Origin: Paludibacteraceae bacterium
Lineage (GTDB): Bacteria; Bacteroidota; Bacteroidia; Bacteroidales; Paludibacteraceae
NCBI GenBank assembly: GCA_024400135.1
Contig: JAKSNE010000001.1
Coordinates: 1-53,642 of the forward strand
DNA: 53,642 nucleotides
Direction of reading: 5' to 3'
The position numbers were made by a program, and so were the translations under genes. The notes under the pieces are model-generated. The model saw nothing but the letters and a program-made list of their open reading frames with translations. It was not told the DNA's origin and searched no databases. Numbering within the stretch: the first letter of the stretch is position 1; each line of letters opens with the position of its first letter. Positions 20,456 through 29,076 of the stretch are shown here, in pieces.

Positions 20456-20639
20456 GTTCAAGCCTTCTTCGCACTTGTTTGATTATACCCACACAGAAGG
20501 GTTACCGAAGGATTACCGAAAGGGCAAGATATATTTCTTAGCCCAAAGGCACGATTAACTTCGTTTGTCATATATTATATTTTCCTTTCAAAAAACTTTG
20601 CAACTGCAAAATTGCAACTTTTTCCCCATCTTATTGCCA

Positions 20640-21551
20640 TTATAAGACATTGAGGACTTGTTCCTTGATTTGTTCAAGCAGGTCCTTCATCTTCACCACG
20701 ATAATCTGCATCTGCGATTGGTTGGACTTACTGCCTAACGTATTGATCTCGCGACCCATCTCTTGCGCAATGAAGCCTAACTTCTTGCCTACACCCGTTC
20801 CGTCGCCGTCCATCGTCTCACGGAAATATTTGATGTGGTTCGTCAAACGTACCTTCTCTTCCGTGATATCCAACTTCTCCAAGTAATAAATCATCTCCTG
20901 CTCGAGGCGATTACTGTCAATGCGTTGCTTGGTTTCCTCCGCCAGTTTATCGAGGTTACTGAGCAAATGCTCACGTATATGCTCTACCCTACCTTTCTCA
21001 AACGGCTCGACCTCAGCCTTCAACGCCTCAATAGCATCCAGCTGCTCCGTGAACTTTGCCTGCAAAGCCGCCCCTTCCTGTGTTCGGAACGCGATGAATG
21101 CATCCAGTGCCTCATTGAGGGTGTCTATCACCGCCTTGGCTAACTCAGGATCGAGGGAAGAAGACGCTTCTTGTGTCTCCGCTTTCGTGACCGCCGGCAG
21201 GCGCATAACGGCTCCCACCAAATCAGCAGAAGCAGGAATACCCAACTCACTCTGCAAGTCCGCCAGTTGTTTGTAGTAGAACTTAAACGCTTCCGCGTTG
21301 ATAGGAGGGAATTGAGAGTTTAGAGTGGAGAGTGTAGAGTTTAGAGTAATGGAGATGTTCAGGTCCACTTTGCCGCGTTCGAGGCGGGTAGCGATTAGTT
21401 GACGGATATCTAATTCTTTCTCGAATAGATACGAAGGCATACGGGTGCTTAAATCCAGCGATTTGGAATTAACACCACGGAGTTCGACGGTAATCGTCTG
21501 ATCTTGGTAATCTTTTACGGCCTTACCATAGCCGGTCATAGATTTTATCAT
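20640..21551 (-). CDS. yicC: YicC/YloC-family stress-induced protein (endoribonuclease family)
   Basis: MIKSMTGYG start, and the C-terminal region GFIAQEMGREINTLGSKSN is typical of YicC. It contains a heptamer insert. Confidence 0.85.
   Translation of the reverse strand: MIKSMTGYGKAVKDYQDQTITVELRGVNSKSLDLSTRMPSYLFEKELDIRQLIATRLERGKVDLNISITLNSTLSTLNSQFPPINAEAFKFYYKQLADLQSELGIPASADLVGAVMRLPAVTKAETQEASSSLDPELAKAVIDTLNEALDAFIAFRTQEGAALQAKFTEQLDAIEALKAEVEPFEKGRVEHIREHLLSNLDKLAEETKQRIDSNRLEQEMIYYLEKLDITEEKVRLTNHIKYFRETMDGDGTGVGKKLGFIAQEMGREINTLGSKSNQSQMQIIVVKMKDLLEQIKEQVLNVL
21312..21347 (-). repeat. CTCTAAA-type heptamer array inside yicC
   Basis: The coding strand actctaaactctacactctccactctaaactctcaa encodes TLNSTLSTLNSQ. 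Confidence 0.9.
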
Positions 21552-21561
21552 AAAGCATAAA

Positions 21562-22911
21562 TCATAATAAACAAGCCATATATAGAGGTAGATACAACAT
21601 TCCGTTCTCTTGCCTTACATCTTGGGCATGTAACACAATCGGTGTAGTTGTTTGTTGTCCAAATTTCGTTTGAAACTTATGAATGGAAGTCAAAGTATAT
21701 TTTTTTCCGCTTTTAACTTCTATCGGAATAATATTATGGCGAGACGTGATTTTTGATTTCGCAATCAAGAAGTCTATTTCCATATTTTCTGAAGCCACCT
21801 GTTTGTCGTAATTTGAGAAGAAAAACAATTGATGACCGGCGGCTCTTAACATTTGTGCTACGATATTCTCCACAAACATTCCCTCATTGACTTCCAATTT
21901 GTCAAGCAGCAGTTTTTGATATAGCGCATCTCCCATGATCTGATTTTCGCTGAAAGCATGGCTAATGAGCAAACCAGTATCTGCCATATAGACTTTTAGT
22001 GTAGAGTTTTCTTGTTTCATATTAAGACCTATTGATGGTTCCGTTGCCGAATAACATAGATTAACTACATCCGCCTCTTTCAGCCAAAAAAAGGCTTTTT
22101 CATAAGCACGGAAACGCGCTCCCGCTTGCATAGCAGCCAATTTGAATTTCTTCTCATGTTTTTGCAACTGTCCGGGAAGGGAATCCCATATACTGGTTAC
22201 TTTCTCTACCATTTCATCCGCGTAATTTTGGATGTCGTTGCGATATAAGTACAATATATCTCTCTTAACCCTATCCACTTTCATAAAGTCACGCGTTTGT
22301 ACAAAAGTTTGAATTGCTTGTGGCATTCCACCTATTATAAGGTACTGACGGAAAAGATCCATCACTTTTCTGTGTACAGGTCCTAAGGGACGACAATGTT
22401 CGTAACAATCTTTGATGAAAGGCATCGTTACTCGATCACCTAATGCCCATAAGAACTCCTCAAAATCCATCGGATACATTTTCAACTGACGTTCCTCCGA
22501 AGGAATTAAAATGCCCTTCGTATTCTTTTTGATGCTTACTAATGACCCCGTCTCTATATAATCGTATCGCCCATCAGCTACGAGAGACTTAACCGCCTCC
22601 CTTGCCTTTGGATAGAATTGCACTTCATCAAAGATGATAAGCGATTCACGCTCATACAAAGTAATACCCGTCAACGTTTGCAGATATAAAAAGAAAGAAT
22701 CCAAGTCGTGAAGGTAATGATCAAACACATTACGCATCGCTGTTGAGATTTGAGAAAAATCAATAAGAATATACGAGCGATATTCTTGTTTAGCAAATTG
22801 TTCCACCAAATAGCTCTTACCTATTCGGCGTGCTCCTTCTATCATTAAAGCCACTTTCCCATTATCATTTTTTCGCCAAGACAACAGCTCTTGATATAAC
22901 TTTCTATCCAT
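21562..22911 (-). CDS. AAA+ ATPase with C-terminal DUF4143-like domain
   Basis: 449 aa with P-loop GARRIGKSYLVEQF and Walker B IIFDEVQ. The family is common in Bacteroidales. Confidence 0.75.
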   Translation of the reverse strand: MDRKLYQELLSWRKNDNGKVALMIEGARRIGKSYLVEQFAKQEYRSYILIDFSQISTAMRNVFDHYLHDLDSFFLYLQTLTGITLYERESLIIFDEVQFYPKAREAVKSLVADGRYDYIETGSLVSIKKNTKGILIPSEERQLKMYPMDFEEFLWALGDRVTMPFIKDCYEHCRPLGPVHRKVMDLFRQYLIIGGMPQAIQTFVQTRDFMKVDRVKRDILYLYRNDIQNYADEMVEKVTSIWDSLPGQLQKHEKKFKLAAMQAGARFRAYEKAFFWLKEADVVNLCYSATEPSIGLNMKQENSTLKVYMADTGLLISHAFSENQIMGDALYQKLLLDKLEVNEGMFVENIVAQMLRAAGHQLFFFSNYDKQVASENMEIDFLIAKSKITSRHNIIPIEVKSGKKYTLTSIHKFQTKFGQQTTTPIVLHAQDVRQENGMLYLPLYMACLL

Positions 22912-23037
22912 ATTATTGATTATAAGTAAATTACGTTATATGTATGCACCATTCCCAAAGATTACTTGTGAGCAATATGCACCATTCCTAAAGATTATTT
23001 GGCTATTTTTTACACCAATCCAAACTATTTTCGACTG

Positions 23038-23069
23038 CAAAGGTACTCATTTTTTTGAATATATGCAAA
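23038..23069 (-). promoter_or_regulatory. Bacteroides-type promoter for the AAA+ ATPase / yicC unit
   Basis: Minus strand reads TTTG (23069-23066), 20 nt, then TACCTTTG (23045-23038). Confidence 0.4.
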
Positions 23070-23084
23070 TATTTCACGCAAAAA

Positions 23085-23116
23085 TTTGCATATTTAAGAA
23101 ATTTGTTGTAATTTTG
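23085..23116 (+). promoter_or_regulatory. Bacteroides-type promoter for the RecQ-family helicase gene
   Basis: TTTG (23085-23088), 20 nt, TAATTTTG (23109-23116), with the ATG at 23128. Confidence 0.45.
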
Positions 23117-23127
23117 TAGCGATTTAT

Positions 23128-24798
23128 ATGACACCACAAGAGGTTTTACATAAGTATTTCGGTTACGAGTCCTTCCGACCCTTGCAGGAAGAGATTATCT
23201 CTTCGGTCTTGGAAGGTCGCGACACGCTGGCACTGATGCCCACAGGTGGCGGTAAGTCGCTTTGCTTTCAAGTGCCGACGATGGTGCTCGCCGAAGAAGG
23301 CAAACCGTCCTTGTGCCTCGTTATCACACCGCTTATCGCGCTGATGAAAGACCAAGTGGAGAACCTCAAGAAACGCGACATCTTAGCCGCAGCCATCTAT
23401 TCGGGTATGCGCACCAGTCAACAAGCAGCGGCGCTCGACAACTGTCAGTTCGGTCCGTACCACTTCCTCTACGTCTCTCCCGAACGACTGGAGAACGAGG
23501 ATTTTCGCAAGCGATTAGCCGAACTCCCCATCGGTCTCATCGCCGTGGATGAGGCACACTGTATCAGCCAATGGGGATACGACTTCCGCCCATCCTACCT
23601 GCACATCGCTCAGGTTCGCGAACTCATTCCCTGTCCCCTCCTCGCCCTCACCGCTACCGCCACACCCAAGGTGGTGGAGGATATATGTGAAAGGCTGGAA
23701 GCCCCCTCCAACTCCCCCTATAGGGGAGAGAATAATGCGAAGAAGATGAACGTATTTACACAATCCTTTGAGCGGAAGAACTTACAGTATGTGGTTCGTC
23801 GGACGGACGATAAATGGGGTCAGTTACAGCATATATTATCGAAAGTGCCCGGTTCAGCCATCGTCTATGTACGCAATCGCAAACGCGCAGAAGACTTGGC
23901 GCAAGCCTTGCCAAATGCCGACTTCTACCACGCCGGACTCACCTCGTTGGAGCGCAGCACCAAGCAGCAAACGTGGAAAGAGGGTAAGAGGCGCATCATG
24001 GTCTGCACAAACGCTTTTGGAATGGGAATAGACAAACCCGACGTAAGGCTCGTCATTCATTACGATATCCCCGATAGCATCGAAGCCTATTTCCAAGAAG
24101 CCGGACGTGCCGGACGCGACGGACAGACCGCCTACGCTGTGCTACTCTACGACCCCACCGATAAGACGAAAGTACGCAAACGAGTGACGGACAGTTATCC
24201 GTCGAAGGAGTTTATAGAAGAAGTCTATCACAAGACCTGCGACTACCTCGGCGTAGGAGCAGGTAGCGGATTGGGACACTCGTTTGCGTTGCACATAGAA
24301 GACTTGCTGCACGTGATGAGTCTGCCCTTACTGCCCACCTATTCTGCATTGCATATTCTCTCGAACGCAGGTTATATCGACTTTGAGGAAGACCAAGAGA
24401 TGCGTGCCCGCGTACAACTCAGAATCACCACCTCGCAATGGAAAGAATATAGCCTTAGTCCCTCCGAACAGGAGTTGTTAGAGACGCTTATGCGCCGCTA
24501 TACGGGTATCTTTGCGGAGTTGCAGTATATAGATTTAGAGGCAGAAGGGCAGAAGGGGGGAGAGGCAGAAAGGCTCTTGAGTGGTTTGGCAGCGAGAGGT
24601 ATCCTTACTTATATTCCGCGCACGTGTGCGTGTAGGTTCACTTTTGTACAAGAAAGGCAGGAATCTATCTTCCTGCCTAAACGAGTATATGACGATCGCA
24701 AGGATCAATACGTCGAGCGCCTGAGCGCGATGGTGCACTATGCCGAGCAGACGGAGTTACCTCCCAGTCAAGTACTCTTGCACTATTTCGGGCAGTAA
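23128..24798 (+). CDS. RecQ-family ATP-dependent DNA helicase (short form, no obvious HRDC)
   Basis: YFGYESFRPLQEEII, PTGGGKSLCFQ, DEAHCISQWGYDFRPSY, TATAT and QEAGRAGRDG motifs. Confidence 0.85.
   Translation: MTPQEVLHKYFGYESFRPLQEEIISSVLEGRDTLALMPTGGGKSLCFQVPTMVLAEEGKPSLCLVITPLIALMKDQVENLKKRDILAAAIYSGMRTSQQAAALDNCQFGPYHFLYVSPERLENEDFRKRLAELPIGLIAVDEAHCISQWGYDFRPSYLHIAQVRELIPCPLLALTATATPKVVEDICERLEAPSNSPYRGENNAKKMNVFTQSFERKNLQYVVRRTDDKWGQLQHILSKVPGSAIVYVRNRKRAEDLAQALPNADFYHAGLTSLERSTKQQTWKEGKRRIMVCTNAFGMGIDKPDVRLVIHYDIPDSIEAYFQEAGRAGRDGQTAYAVLLYDPTDKTKVRKRVTDSYPSKEFIEEVYHKTCDYLGVGAGSGLGHSFALHIEDLLHVMSLPLLPTYSALHILSNAGYIDFEEDQEMRARVQLRITTSQWKEYSLSPSEQELLETLMRRYTGIFAELQYIDLEAEGQKGGEAERLLSGLAARGILTYIPRTCACRFTFVQERQESIFLPKRVYDDRKDQYVERLSAMVHYAEQTELPPSQVLLHYFGQ
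23700..23732. repeat. Hairpin insert CTCCCC-CTATA-GGGGAG inside the recQ-family gene
   Basis: It has a perfect 6-bp stem at 23712-23728 and encodes SNSPYRGE. Confidence 0.8.
24538..24575 (+). repeat. GGCAGAA-type 7/8-nt array inside the recQ-family gene
   Basis: gaggcagaagggcagaaggggggagaggcagaaaggc encodes EAEGQKGGEAER. The 10-mer gaggcagaag recurs on the minus strand near 37585. Confidence 0.75.
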
Positions 24799-24823
24799 CA
24801 TCCAACGGCTCACCATCATTCTT

Positions 24824-25450
24824 TTATTTAATCATCCTTTTTTGTTTCACATATTTGAGGTGCTCTCTGCGACGACGATGACTAGTGATATTCGCCTCTC
24901 GAAGTATTTTCGCAGCGCGTTGAGCCGTATCCCAATCCATTTGGACGTCTTGATATTTGCGGATAGTCTGACATAAGCGATTAAAATAGACAATCTCACA
25001 TCTATCGGATTTAATCATCAACTTTGCTGCTTTTGGAAATGTGATGATAGAATACACACGAGATCCAATCTTAGCATTCGTAAGAATGCGTGCTACAGCA
25101 CGTATATGTGTTTGATTTTGTTCGATAGGATTATGTAGGGAAAACTTATGTCCGAACATATTCTTGGTCCATATTTCCCCATATTCACTTCCCGTGATGA
25201 TGCCTGAATAATTTTTTGTTTCAATAACGAAAACGCCATATTCAGATACCACAAGATGATCAATCTGCGTGGATCCTTGTCCTGTAGTAGGTAGTAGTAG
25301 GTCATTGAGGACAATATAGCCGTGAGGCAACCGCCTGAGTTTACGTGCGACTATTCGTTCTCCTTCCCACCCTTTTCCTCTTGCCTTCCGAAGAACAAGG
25401 ATAGCAACAAGCAGTATGGCTAATATTGCAAATAGTATTTCAGAGGGCAT
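24824..25450 (-). CDS. NERD domain-containing protein with N-terminal TM anchor
   Basis: GERIVARKLRRLPHGYIVLNDLLLP...QIDHLVVSEYGVFVIETKNY is a NERD nuclease-related motif. Confidence 0.75.
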   Translation of the reverse strand: MPSEILFAILAILLVAILVLRKARGKGWEGERIVARKLRRLPHGYIVLNDLLLPTTGQGSTQIDHLVVSEYGVFVIETKNYSGIITGSEYGEIWTKNMFGHKFSLHNPIEQNQTHIRAVARILTNAKIGSRVYSIITFPKAAKLMIKSDRCEIVYFNRLCQTIRKYQDVQMDWDTAQRAAKILREANITSHRRRREHLKYVKQKRMIK

Positions 25451-25459
25451 AGTGATGGA

Positions 25460-26587
25460 CTATTCCTTCTCCAACAAGATATTCACGAGTTCGAGGTCTT
25501 TGTAGTCCTCTTTAGTTTGGTCATAGAAGCCGAAGTCGGCATCGTAACACCAAGTACACCAAGCCACATTAAAGCGGTTGAAGACCTTAATCATGTCGCG
25601 CGTCCAAGCGTACGCCCATTCGCGATCCACGTTCTCATAAACACCCCACTCGCCGCAGAAGAGTTGCAGACCCAAGGAGTCAGCCACATCGATGGCTTGT
25701 TTCATACGTTGGTAGAGCACTTCCTCGTTCCACTCTTGGTGATAATCAGCTACAGTAGGTTTAACCTCGTCAGGACAAGCGTTCCAGTCCTCATCGGAGA
25801 TGAGTTGACCCGGGTAATGCACATCGCCCGTATAGAAACGTATCGGATTCCACCACGTGTTATAATGGGTCAGCACCATCGGCTCATAGAAATGGAAGGA
25901 GAGGATGATGTTCTTATCATTCTCCGGCACACGCAGGTATTGGAAAGTCCCTACCCCTTGCCAGAGGTTAGAACCGATGACGAGGGTACGTTGGGGTTCC
26001 ACTTCGCGCAAAACTTTGTGAACCTTCGCGATGAGTTGGTTCCATTGTTCGTGCTCGGGAGCAACGGGTTCGTTCATGAATTCGTAAGCCACGGAGTCCA
26101 CGCTGTAATGGCGGAGCACCTCGCTCAACTGATACCACATGTTGATGAGTTGTTGTTGGCTTTCGTCAGAGGTAAAGAGGGTGTTTGCCGACTTGCCGTC
26201 CTCGTTCTCCGCATTGAAATAGTGCGAACGGATGATGTGCAGATCCACTACGACGCGCAGGTGGTGCTTGATGGCGAGGTCGATACCATTAGTGAGTAAG
26301 TCCCATGCTTCGGGCAGTTTATTGCCGTCCTCGTCCCACATCTGTACCTCGTCAATAGGGATACGGACGAAGTCAAAACCAAGGGATTCGAGACGAGCCA
26401 TATCATCCTCTTGGATGTGTTTGGCACGTTCCTCTCCACGTACTTCGGATTGAGAGAGCCAGTGACTGAGGTTCGTTCCACGATGAACCTTGAAGTTGTT
26501 TTCCTTTGGTGTGCAAGCCGTTACCAGCGCGCAGAGCGCTGTTAAAATGATGAATTGATGAATGATGGAATGATGAATTGTTTTCAT
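25460..26587 (-). CDS. Glycoside hydrolase family 5 (endo-beta-1,4-glucanase-like), lipoprotein
   Basis: GFDFVRIPI, the acid/base context YEFMNEP, and FHFYEP. Lipobox LVTAC. Confidence 0.8.
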   Translation of the reverse strand: MKTIHHSIIHQFIILTALCALVTACTPKENNFKVHRGTNLSHWLSQSEVRGEERAKHIQEDDMARLESLGFDFVRIPIDEVQMWDEDGNKLPEAWDLLTNGIDLAIKHHLRVVVDLHIIRSHYFNAENEDGKSANTLFTSDESQQQLINMWYQLSEVLRHYSVDSVAYEFMNEPVAPEHEQWNQLIAKVHKVLREVEPQRTLVIGSNLWQGVGTFQYLRVPENDKNIILSFHFYEPMVLTHYNTWWNPIRFYTGDVHYPGQLISDEDWNACPDEVKPTVADYHQEWNEEVLYQRMKQAIDVADSLGLQLFCGEWGVYENVDREWAYAWTRDMIKVFNRFNVAWCTWCYDADFGFYDQTKEDYKDLELVNILLEKE

Positions 26588-26628
26588 AATGAATAAATTT
26601 AGTGATTTGTGATTTATAGTTGTGATTT
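26546..26628. repeat. AATGATG 7/8-mer array (GH5 signal-peptide codons) plus GTGATTT heptamer array (GH31 stop region)
   Basis: aatgatgaattgatgaatgatggaatgatgaattg (26546-26580) and gtgatttgtgatttatagttgtgattt (26602-26628). Confidence 0.85.
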
Positions 26629-29076
26629 ATTTCTCAGGAAGATGGGACTATGGTCGTAGGGGGCGGGGACGGTGAGGGTCTCGTTGCCGTTGGAGACGAG
26701 TTCACCGGTATAGTAGTCGTACCACGTTCCCGCAGGGAAATAGACGCTCCACTCACGAGCACCATACGTATAGACAGGACAAACCATGATGTCGGGTCCG
26801 AACATATACTGCCATCCGCAGTTGACGGCTTTTGGATCCGTCGGATAATCCATCGCGAGCGGACGCATAAGCGTATAATCCTCCTCGCTGACGCGGCGGT
26901 TCATCTCTTGCAGGTACGGCATCAGTTTATAGCGCTCGTTGAGGCAAGCCACAATCGCCTCGTATGCAGGATGACCTTCGGGAGCGATGTTCCAAGGCTC
27001 ACGATAGGGGAACTGTCCGTGACTACGATAGATAGGCGTGAACACTCCCCATTGGTGCCAACGCACATTGAGTTCGCGCCACTCTTTAAGGTCAGCATTC
27101 TCCTTGCCGGTTGCCTCAAAAGCATACTGCGCCGCAGCGTAACGATTCTCTACGGAGAAACCGCCAATGTCTTGGCTCCACCAAGGAATGCCCGATACGG
27201 AGAAGTTCAGTCCTGCCGTGATCTGCGCTTTCATATCCTCCCAACGCGTACCGATATCACCCGACCAAGTGGCTGTGGAGTAGCGTTGCTGACCAAGGAA
27301 GCCGTTACGGGTGAGTTGGAAGATATCCTGTACGCCTTTGCGTTGGAGTCCTTCGTAGATAGACTGGGCATTAACCAGTGCATAGGCATTGAAATACTCA
27401 TCGGACGAGCCGAGATAGGTAGGACCGCACAAGGCTTTGCGATAGTCGATAGGCGTGCAGTCTTTGATATTCGGTTCGGAAGCGTCCATCCACCACGCGT
27501 CAATACCCATCGTGCCGAGGTGCTCCCATAGTTGTTCGAAGAACAGTTTGCCGGCTTCAGGGTTATAGGCATCATAGAAAGCATACGGGAAACCGAGCCA
27601 GTCGATGAGCGAGTCACGAATGGATTGGGGATAGAGCCAGCCTTTGGCTAACATCTCTTGGTAGTGATCGGTGAACGGATAATACTTAGGCCAGCAAGAG
27701 ATCATGATGTGAGCGTCCAAAGCGTGGATGGTATCAATCATGGCTTGTGGGTTAGGGAAACGAGACTCTTCGAAGGTGAAAGCACCCCATTGCGAAGGCT
27801 CCCAATAGTTCCAGTCCATGACGATATTGTCGATAGGCAGGTTACGCGAACGGAAGCCACGAAGGGCATCCACGATCTCGTCTTGGGTCTTATAGCGTTC
27901 ACGCGACTGCCAATAACCAAGCACCCAATCGGGCATGAGGGTCGCCTTGCCGGTAAGCGTACGATAGGAGTGGATAAGACTATCGAGGTTGTCGCCACCA
28001 AAGACATAGTAGTCGAGGTTCGGATTCATCTCCGACCAGAAACGCAGTTGTTGGTGCTGTTCGGGTGTCTCCGGTGCATGGGCGGTAAGCGAACAATACG
28101 CCACATCGCCATCGGGTTGCCACGTGAGGCGGATACGATAAGCGCGTCCCGCTTCCATGTAATAACGATACTTGCGCTCGTTCGGATTCCAAGCCGTACG
28201 CCAGATAGTCGAACTCAGCGGTTGACCATCAATAAAGAGTTGTTGATAACCCGAATAGTAGTGCAAGAAACGATACTCGCCCGTAGCGCGAGGGGTGATA
28301 GTGCCCTCGTAAACGATGGTAGAAGCCCCTACCCGACCTCCCCCTGTAGGGGAGGAGTATGAGGCAACAGTATCTACTTCGAAGAGCTCCTCCAATGCCT
28401 TATAGGGTTCAGGATTGCCCCAACGGCAGAGACTATAAGTATCAAACATCAGTCCGTAGCCTTCGGTAGAGAAGATAATAGGCAGACTGACTTTGGTATT
28501 ATACTGATAGAGTTCCTCGTCACGCCCCTTCCAGTTCCATTCGTCGGCTTGGTGTTGACCAAGACCAAAGAGTCCTTCCTCGTTGTAGAGGTTATCAAAC
28601 GTGACGGCATACGTCCAACCTTTATAGTTTAGAGTGGAGAGTTTAGAGTTTAGAGTAGTGGAAAGTGTAGAGTTTAGAGGTTGAGGTTGAGTACATTCGT
28701 ATGGTGTAAAACGAGGACTGCCGGCGGTCTCTTTGAGTAACGGCTTACCGTCATGACGAGTAACCCACACTTGACCGGTGGTGCGAAGCACGTAAGCGGT
28801 CATATAAGAGATGGATAAGGCAACGGTGTCGCCGGTATAGTTGAGAGTGGAGAGTTTAGAGTTGAGAGTAGTTTTAGAGTTTAAAGTTACGAGACTCTTG
28901 CGGTCGCGCAGTTGGTCTTCCGCGGTGGAAGTGACACGAATGATGTTATCGTCCACCGCTTGTAGGCGAACAATCTTAGGACCATTCTCGGTGGGGTTAG
29001 TGACGTGAATTGTTACTTCGTTCTTAGCGCACGAGGCGAGCATTAAGACCGCTAACGCAGTTAGAATGTGTTTCAT
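26614..29076 (-). CDS. Glycoside hydrolase family 31 with PA14 insert (alpha-xylosidase/alpha-glucosidase-like), lipoprotein
   Basis: GH31 catalytic-region motifs (IDAWWMDASEP, WSGDI) and a PA14-like segment (TGEYRFLHYYSGYQQLFIDG). The likely start is MKHILTALAVLMLASC at 29076. The ORF extends to 29097. Confidence 0.85.
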   Translation of the reverse strand: MKHILTALAVLMLASCAKNEVTIHVTNPTENGPKIVRLQAVDDNIIRVTSTAEDQLRDRKSLVTLNSKTTLNSKLSTLNYTGDTVALSISYMTAYVLRTTGQVWVTRHDGKPLLKETAGSPRFTPYECTQPQPLNSTLSTTLNSKLSTLNYKGWTYAVTFDNLYNEEGLFGLGQHQADEWNWKGRDEELYQYNTKVSLPIIFSTEGYGLMFDTYSLCRWGNPEPYKALEELFEVDTVASYSSPTGGGRVGASTIVYEGTITPRATGEYRFLHYYSGYQQLFIDGQPLSSTIWRTAWNPNERKYRYYMEAGRAYRIRLTWQPDGDVAYCSLTAHAPETPEQHQQLRFWSEMNPNLDYYVFGGDNLDSLIHSYRTLTGKATLMPDWVLGYWQSRERYKTQDEIVDALRGFRSRNLPIDNIVMDWNYWEPSQWGAFTFEESRFPNPQAMIDTIHALDAHIMISCWPKYYPFTDHYQEMLAKGWLYPQSIRDSLIDWLGFPYAFYDAYNPEAGKLFFEQLWEHLGTMGIDAWWMDASEPNIKDCTPIDYRKALCGPTYLGSSDEYFNAYALVNAQSIYEGLQRKGVQDIFQLTRNGFLGQQRYSTATWSGDIGTRWEDMKAQITAGLNFSVSGIPWWSQDIGGFSVENRYAAAQYAFEATGKENADLKEWRELNVRWHQWGVFTPIYRSHGQFPYREPWNIAPEGHPAYEAIVACLNERYKLMPYLQEMNRRVSEEDYTLMRPLAMDYPTDPKAVNCGWQYMFGPDIMVCPVYTYGAREWSVYFPAGTWYDYYTGELVSNGNETLTVPAPYDHSPIFLRNKSQL
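28325..28356. repeat. Hairpin insert CCTCCCC-CTGTA-GGGGAGG inside GH31
   Basis: It has a perfect 7-bp stem at 28337-28355 and encodes SSPTGGGRVGAS. Confidence 0.8.
28625..28692 (-). repeat. CTCTAAA-type heptamer array inside GH31 (copy 1)
   Basis: Encodes [24 protein letters not shown]. Confidence 0.9.
28839..28888 (-). repeat. CTCTAAA-type heptamer array inside GH31 (copy 2)
   Basis: Encodes [17 protein letters not shown]. Confidence 0.9.

Noticed and set aside
14440-20640. Calling the AT-rich block a mobile element, prophage or ICE
   Set aside because: No integrase, transposase, relaxase, tRNA target or clear direct-repeat attachment sites are visible. I report it only as a compositional island.
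25517-28362. Long + strand ORFs (260, 293 and 234 aa) opposite GH5 and GH31. The same applies to 45882-46775, 42006-42710 and 41215-41850 opposite the PUL genes.
   Set aside because: They are antisense to genes with clear GH-family motifs and show typical shadow-ORF composition. They have no start context or promoter.
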